From assembly GCA_030141605.1 (NCBI GenBank), contig JAQGDQ010000525.1:130360-153572 (forward strand): DNA of 23,213 nucleotides. The letters run 5' to 3'. This stretch comes from Tubiluchus corallicola (lineage: Eukaryota; Animalia; Priapulida). Shown here in pieces: positions 18,481 to 23,213 of this stretch. The notes under the pieces are model-generated. The model saw only the letters and a program-made list of their open reading frames with translations, did no database searches and was not told where the DNA came from. Both the position numbers and the translations under genes were made by a program. Position 1 is the stretch's first letter, and every line of letters begins with the position of its first letter.

Positions 18481-21414
18481 TTATAGGCGTGAAAGTGCAT
18501 CCGCCACAACATTCATTCGTCCCGGAATATTCTCCACCGTGTAAGAGTATTCCTGGAGAATGAGCAACCAGTGACACAACCGGCGGTTATTACGCTTAAT
18601 GCGAGGAAGGGCCAACAAGCTGCGCTGGTCAGTTCGGATAGTAAAATGCCGCCCTTCCAGGAAGTATCTCAACTTCTCCACACAGTAAACAACTGCTAAA
18701 CACTCCACTTCTACCACACTGTAATTACGCTCAGTAACAGTTAATTTTCTGCTGAGGTCTGTTATAGGTAGTTCGCCATGTTCACTTTGTTCTTGGGATA
18801 GTACCCCACCTACACCACTCAAAGATGCATCAGTAGTCAGCATGAAAGGCTTCATGAAATCTGGAGAGTGCAATACAGTGTCGGAGCCAAGGCAGTCTTG
18901 CAATTCCACAAAACTCCGCTCGCAGGCTTCTGTCCACTCAACTTTGGTTGGAGCGCTTTTCTCAAGTAGCTGAAAAAGAGCAGCAGCCTTGGTACTAAAC
19001 ATAGGAATGAACCTACGGTAGAAGCCAACAAGTCCCAAGTAGGCCCGTACTTGTTTCTTGTTTTGTGGACGTGGGAAGTTGTGTATGCGTAGAATCTTGT
19101 TGGGTTGTGGCCAAGTATATTCCTGCAGTACTCGCTTAGTAGTTTTTCCAATGCCTAAATGTCCAGCCATCTTATTATCATGTGCCAGGGAGAGCACCTC
19201 CAGTCTCCTTGTCTTAGGCACAACCAGTAGTTCTCGTGGTTCTAGGCTAGGACGCTCACATGCCAGGTAATAAAGTACTCCTTCACGAAGATAGTAGCCT
19301 TTGCCTTCTTTCCTCACAATTTCTTCAGTGCGTGCATTGTCGCGTAAGTTCCTTAAAGTTACATCATCTACTTGTTCTTGGTGTAACTGTGATTTACTGA
19401 GCACAGTTAGGTGCATTTGGTTTTGCTTTGACTCGTGCTCAGTCAGTGGAGGTGCTTTGATTCTGTCTTGCAAAAACTCTTGTTGGAGGGTCTTGTCTCT
19501 TTTCTCAAGGTTTTGCAGTTTCGCAGCTTTACTGCGTGTAACAACTAATGCCGTGTGCAGCTTGTCACCACTACTGTTTTCATCCTGCTTCATAGCATGC
19601 TTTTTAAATTGGCAGGAGGAATCCATGTTGGCCACAGTAGCTGTTGAAGCTGGTTTCGGTACACACTGGAAGTTCTTACTCCTCTTTGCCGGGAATGGAG
19701 TAACTGCCGTCCGAAAGTCATTACCAAGTAAGAAGTCAACTGGAAGGTCACCAGAGACAGCCACTGTCAAATACCCACTGACCATCGGACTTTCAACCTC
19801 CGCAATAGCCATGCGTACTTCCTTGGAATCTCCATGTACACACTTAATCGTCCTGGTTGACTCATCAACATATTGCTCTGGCCTTACCAAATCTGGGTGA
19901 ACAAGGCTAGTGCATGCCCCAGTGTCGCGCATGCATTTCACATTCTTGCCATTCACAGATGCCCAGCAGCAATATTCATCTTCAGAAGATGCAATAATGT
20001 TGCGCAACTTCTTTGTGGTTTTTCTTGAACCACCTTCCTGGGTCTTCTTAGCATCACCTTTAGCTAAAAAATTCCGACCCATCGTGCTTCTGCCTTTCCC
20101 GGTGGCTTCAGCACCTGCCATGCTTCTTCTGCATTGATTTCTTTTATGTCCCAACTCGCCGCAGGAATAGCACTTCACATTAGATCCACTATACGTGCTT
20201 CTTCCTCTTGCTAAGCTACTACCATCGTGCATTGGCTGCTTGAATCCTTTCTTAAATGTGTGAGGTTGCATGACTTTTAGGCCACCCTGTATCGACATCA
20301 CAGATGCTTGGTACAAGTCTGCTTTTTCCACAACATCATCGAAGGAATGAAGATCTTGCCTCCGGACCCATTCACACATGTCACGTGACATCAGTGTTAA
20401 GACTTGTTCCTTACAGACCAATTCCACAACTTTATCTACAGAGTCAGCATCTTCTGCATTTCTGTACTCATTGTAGGCACGAACAAGTCTTCTGCCAACT
20501 TGCTGAAAAGTCTCATTGGCCCTCTTTTTTATAGCACGAAAACGTTTCAAGTAGCTCTCGCTGGTTAATACATATGCTGCCAAAAGTGCTTTCTTCACAG
20601 CATCGTAGTTGCTCATTTGCTCAGGAGGTATTTGGTGAAAAGCAATGGAAGCTTTCCCGGTGAGTGCAGGCCCTAAAGATGCTGCATATACGTCCTGAGG
20701 AAGCTTATTTGCAGCTGCAGTTGATTCAAACTGACTTAAGAAATCGTCAATGTCTTCAGCGTTTTCATCAAAGACCCTCATTTTGATACGCTGGATGGGT
20801 GCATGCAATTGCGGGTTAACAGGAGGGGAAGGGTTTGCGACCTGTAATAAAGTGGGTGCGATCTCAATTCGTGCAAGCTCGGCACGCAATTTTTCAAGCT
20901 CAACCCGTTCCTGATGTTCAAGTTGCTTAATACGTAACTCTTTGTCCATCTGCATTTGCATCTCCATCTGCTTGACAGCTCGACGCTCTTCGCTGCGTAG
21001 CTTTTCCAGTGTAATCATAACTGAATACCTCTCTGAGGGGGGTAATTGCTGCATTCCGTCAGTAATGTCATCTACCATAAATGACAAGTCGGGCGGAGGT
21101 GTGTGTTCTAACCTCGTTGCCACAGTTGGCTTCCTTTTCACGCCACCTGAAATAGGGTTCACGGGAGTTGCTGCATTTAAATTAGTTTCAACATATGTAC
21201 CCCCGTCCAGGTCCGCATCACCAAGGCCTTGAATTGCTTGTGTTAGCGCAGGTTGCGTCATATTCAAAGGAAGCTGAGCTTGTAGGATAGCAGCTATTAA
21301 AACAGGTTTAGTCGCTGTTGAGGCAACTGTGATCCCGCATTCAGCTATAATTTCTTTTAGCTGTGACACTTTTAAAATATTTAACTCGTTTTCAGTGTAT
21401 GCGTTTGCTGCCAT
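18481..21414 (-). CDS. gag-pol: Gag-protease-(truncated integrase)-(RT thumb)-RNase H fusion, 977 aa
   Basis: SAP/HeH-like N-terminus, coiled coil, capsid/SCAN-like region, CYSCGELGHKRNQC knuckle, protease RDTGA, IN N-terminal AHD...GHLG...WP joined directly to RT thumb PRPQNKKQVRAYLGLVGFYRRFIP, RNase H TDAS/E/TD/ADALSR. No YxDD and no IN DDE core. Confidence 0.93.
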   Translation of the reverse strand: MAANAYTENELNILKVSQLKEIIAECGITVASTATKPVLIAAILQAQLPLNMTQPALTQAIQGLGDADLDGGTYVETNLNAATPVNPISGGVKRKPTVATRLEHTPPPDLSFMVDDITDGMQQLPPSERYSVMITLEKLRSEERRAVKQMEMQMQMDKELRIKQLEHQERVELEKLRAELARIEIAPTLLQVANPSPPVNPQLHAPIQRIKMRVFDENAEDIDDFLSQFESTAAANKLPQDVYAASLGPALTGKASIAFHQIPPEQMSNYDAVKKALLAAYVLTSESYLKRFRAIKKRANETFQQVGRRLVRAYNEYRNAEDADSVDKVVELVCKEQVLTLMSRDMCEWVRRQDLHSFDDVVEKADLYQASVMSIQGGLKVMQPHTFKKGFKQPMHDGSSLARGRSTYSGSNVKCYSCGELGHKRNQCRRSMAGAEATGKGRSTMGRNFLAKGDAKKTQEGGSRKTTKKLRNIIASSEDEYCCWASVNGKNVKCMRDTGACTSLVHPDLVRPEQYVDESTRTIKCVHGDSKEVRMAIAEVESPMVSGYLTVAVSGDLPVDFLLGNDFRTAVTPFPAKRSKNFQCVPKPASTATVANMDSSCQFKKHAMKQDENSSGDKLHTALVVTRSKAAKLQNLEKRDKTLQQEFLQDRIKAPPLTEHESKQNQMHLTVLSKSQLHQEQVDDVTLRNLRDNARTEEIVRKEGKGYYLREGVLYYLACERPSLEPRELLVVPKTRRLEVLSLAHDNKMAGHLGIGKTTKRVLQEYTWPQPNKILRIHNFPRPQNKKQVRAYLGLVGFYRRFIPMFSTKAAALFQLLEKSAPTKVEWTEACERSFVELQDCLGSDTVLHSPDFMKPFMLTTDASLSGVGGVLSQEQSEHGELPITDLSRKLTVTERNYSVVEVECLAVVYCVEKLRYFLEGRHFTIRTDQRSLLALPRIKRNNRRLCHWLLILQEYSYTVENIPGRMNVVADALSRL

Positions 21415-22012
21415 GGTAATTTACCGTTTCGTTTTATTATTAATTTAATAAGGTTAATACAGCAGTCAAATACTATGTGCAATTGTATTTACCTTATAGT
21501 ATTAGATTCTATGTAATTAATTTTTTTGCAAAGTATTTATTTGCGTTTTGTTTCGTTTTAACTTTGCTATTACACTTGTGAAAATTTATTCACCACTCAC
21601 GTGGTTTCTTTTACTCTTCTCTCACTCTGTACACAAGCAAATTGCTCTGGTTACATACAGCTAGTACTGTGCAAAATAAGTCCCGAACCGAACAGGAAGT
21701 TACAAGCCGTTCAATATATTACTAGGGCTCACCAATTCGTAAACAAGCTTTTGCGTCGCATGCACTTCACAGTCAGACAATGTGACCTAGTTTACCTATA
21801 GTTCGAAATCTCCTACTGCAATGAAACTACTAACTATTTGCGCAGAGAAATTTATACCTACAGCACGGTCAACGCAAGTGTCAAAAGTTCTAAGCTTACT
21901 CAGTAGAAATATTATATTATCAGTTCTGCAAAGGGCAGAGATGCTATTTTTTTCAACAATAAACAGAATAAATAATCTGCACAGCGGTTTCATTCAGTGG
22001 CAGGCCTTAATT

Positions 22013-22030
22013 ATCCCACCGCTGCCACCA
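22013..22030 (-). other. Primer binding site complementary to tRNA-Leu (AAG/TAG type)
   Basis: - strand TGGTGGCAGCGGTGGGAT is the complement of the tRNA-Leu 3' end ATCCCACCGCTGCCA-CCA (18 nt, from memory of metazoan tRNA-Leu); 3 nt from the LTR. Confidence 0.92.
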
Positions 22031-22033
22031 AAT

Positions 22034-23213
22034 TGTGACGCCGTGTAATAATTAAATCAGGATGTTAAGAAATCAGAGTACTGTGTTCAGGGTTCTCGAG
22101 CGTTTCCGTCACTTTTATATGCTAAATCTACAGGATAATCATTTATTTGTGTAGGCTACGTGAATCCGTGTCACTGGTGAAACACTTGTGTGCACGTGCA
22201 AATTATTTAATCAGAACGACAACGGAACTAAAAGCTAATATTTAGATTTAGAATTTAATCAGTAAAACAACAATAGCAAATTAAATTGATAACAATTTCC
22301 AACAATACCTAATTCCCCCAAAAGTAACGTTGGCCGGTTACGCTTCTGTCTCTCATCAGGCTTTTGGATCTATCAACCACGCTCTTGAGTCTCCAACCAT
22401 ACCGCATCAGCTTTTCATCTCCAGTAGTCAGCCACGTCCTCGCCAGCAACTCTTTGCCAAACGTCACCAATCCAGCCTCTGCATGGACAACGCTTTAAAA
22501 GTGCTCTAGCAATCCAGCGGTTGAACTCGTACCTGGTTGCCTCGGGCTTGAACTCTTGCCTGGTTGCCTCAGACTCCCAGATATCGTTCTTTTGCAGGGT
22601 GACAAACAGAACCTTCAGCTCAGACAAACAGACAGACCATGGGTCCAGGTAGAACTGGTCCTCGACTAGTTTTCCACTACTATTCAGCGAGAATTTGAGT
22701 CCTATTCTGCAGGTAAACATATGGTTACCAAACACTTGCTTCTTGGAATGTCAAGACAGTGTCATCACAGCAAACAACGAATAAACTAAAGCAGACAAAA
22801 CCATTGTCTTTGTAATAAATCATCTCACTGCATACGAGTACCATTAAAGACAGGTTCACACCAAACTTGGTGTTCAGTCATATAAAATAACCACAGGATG
22901 TGGACTAACCAGCAAAACTCCACCACCCTGTAACGTTGACAGTCAGAACATATCTAGTGTAAAACACGAACTCTGTAGTAAGATCCCAAAACAGGTTGAA
23001 GCCATTTGGTATTCGAATTTTCAGGTAACCTAATTACAGTTAAGCAGAGAAATAAGCGGCCAGAGCCATCTGGTGTCAAAATCTTACAAAAAACACACAA
23101 TGTAATATAAATTTAAATAAACAGTGCAATAAATCAATAAAGTAATTAGATCATTATTTATGCACACACAACAACATATGAAAGATATATCAAAATAGGT
23201 GTTGCGACAATGA
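22034..23213 (-). repeat. 5' LTR of element 2 (truncated by window end)
   Basis: Aligns with 16990-18179; about 52 substitutions and 3 indels counted by eye. Confidence 0.93.

Larger units (their letters stand above)
16990..23213 (-). mobile_element. Gmr1-type Ty3/Gypsy LTR retrotransposon, internally deleted (non-autonomous); 5' LTR runs off the window end
   Basis: About 1.2-kb direct repeats, tRNA-Leu PBS, PPT, and an ORF with order Gag-PR-IN(N-term)-//-RT thumb-RH ending at RNase H. Confidence 0.92.

Overview
Eukaryotic, probably invertebrate animal, repeat-rich DNA that appears to be largely intronic. One clear host exon (12917-13037, +) encodes a Cys-rich peptide resembling prohormone-3/ITG-like precursors. 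The window holds three LTR-retroelement structures that seem to use three different primers. (1) A very young, compact Ty3/Gypsy (Mag-like) element at <1-5586 (+) has 327-bp LTRs with TA...TA ends and no tRNA PBS; the sequence just after the 5' LTR is complementary to the predicted 5' end of its own transcript, suggesting Tf1-like self-priming. (2) A lone LTR-like sequence (about 14417-14951, -) is fused to a copy of the 3' half of a mature, CCA-ended tRNA-Ser, which looks like a captured extended plus-strand strong-stop cDNA. (3) A Gmr1-type Gypsy (PR-IN-RT-RH order) at 16990->23213 (-) has a tRNA-Leu PBS and an in-frame deletion of the IN core and RT catalytic domain, yet keeps an open 977-aa ORF between LTRs about 4-5% diverged. 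The rest is hAT-type MITEs (two with 8-bp TSDs), a nested foldback/HINE-like cluster, a 23-bp E-box minisatellite and microsatellites. All alignments and family assignments were made by eye or from memory; no searches were run.
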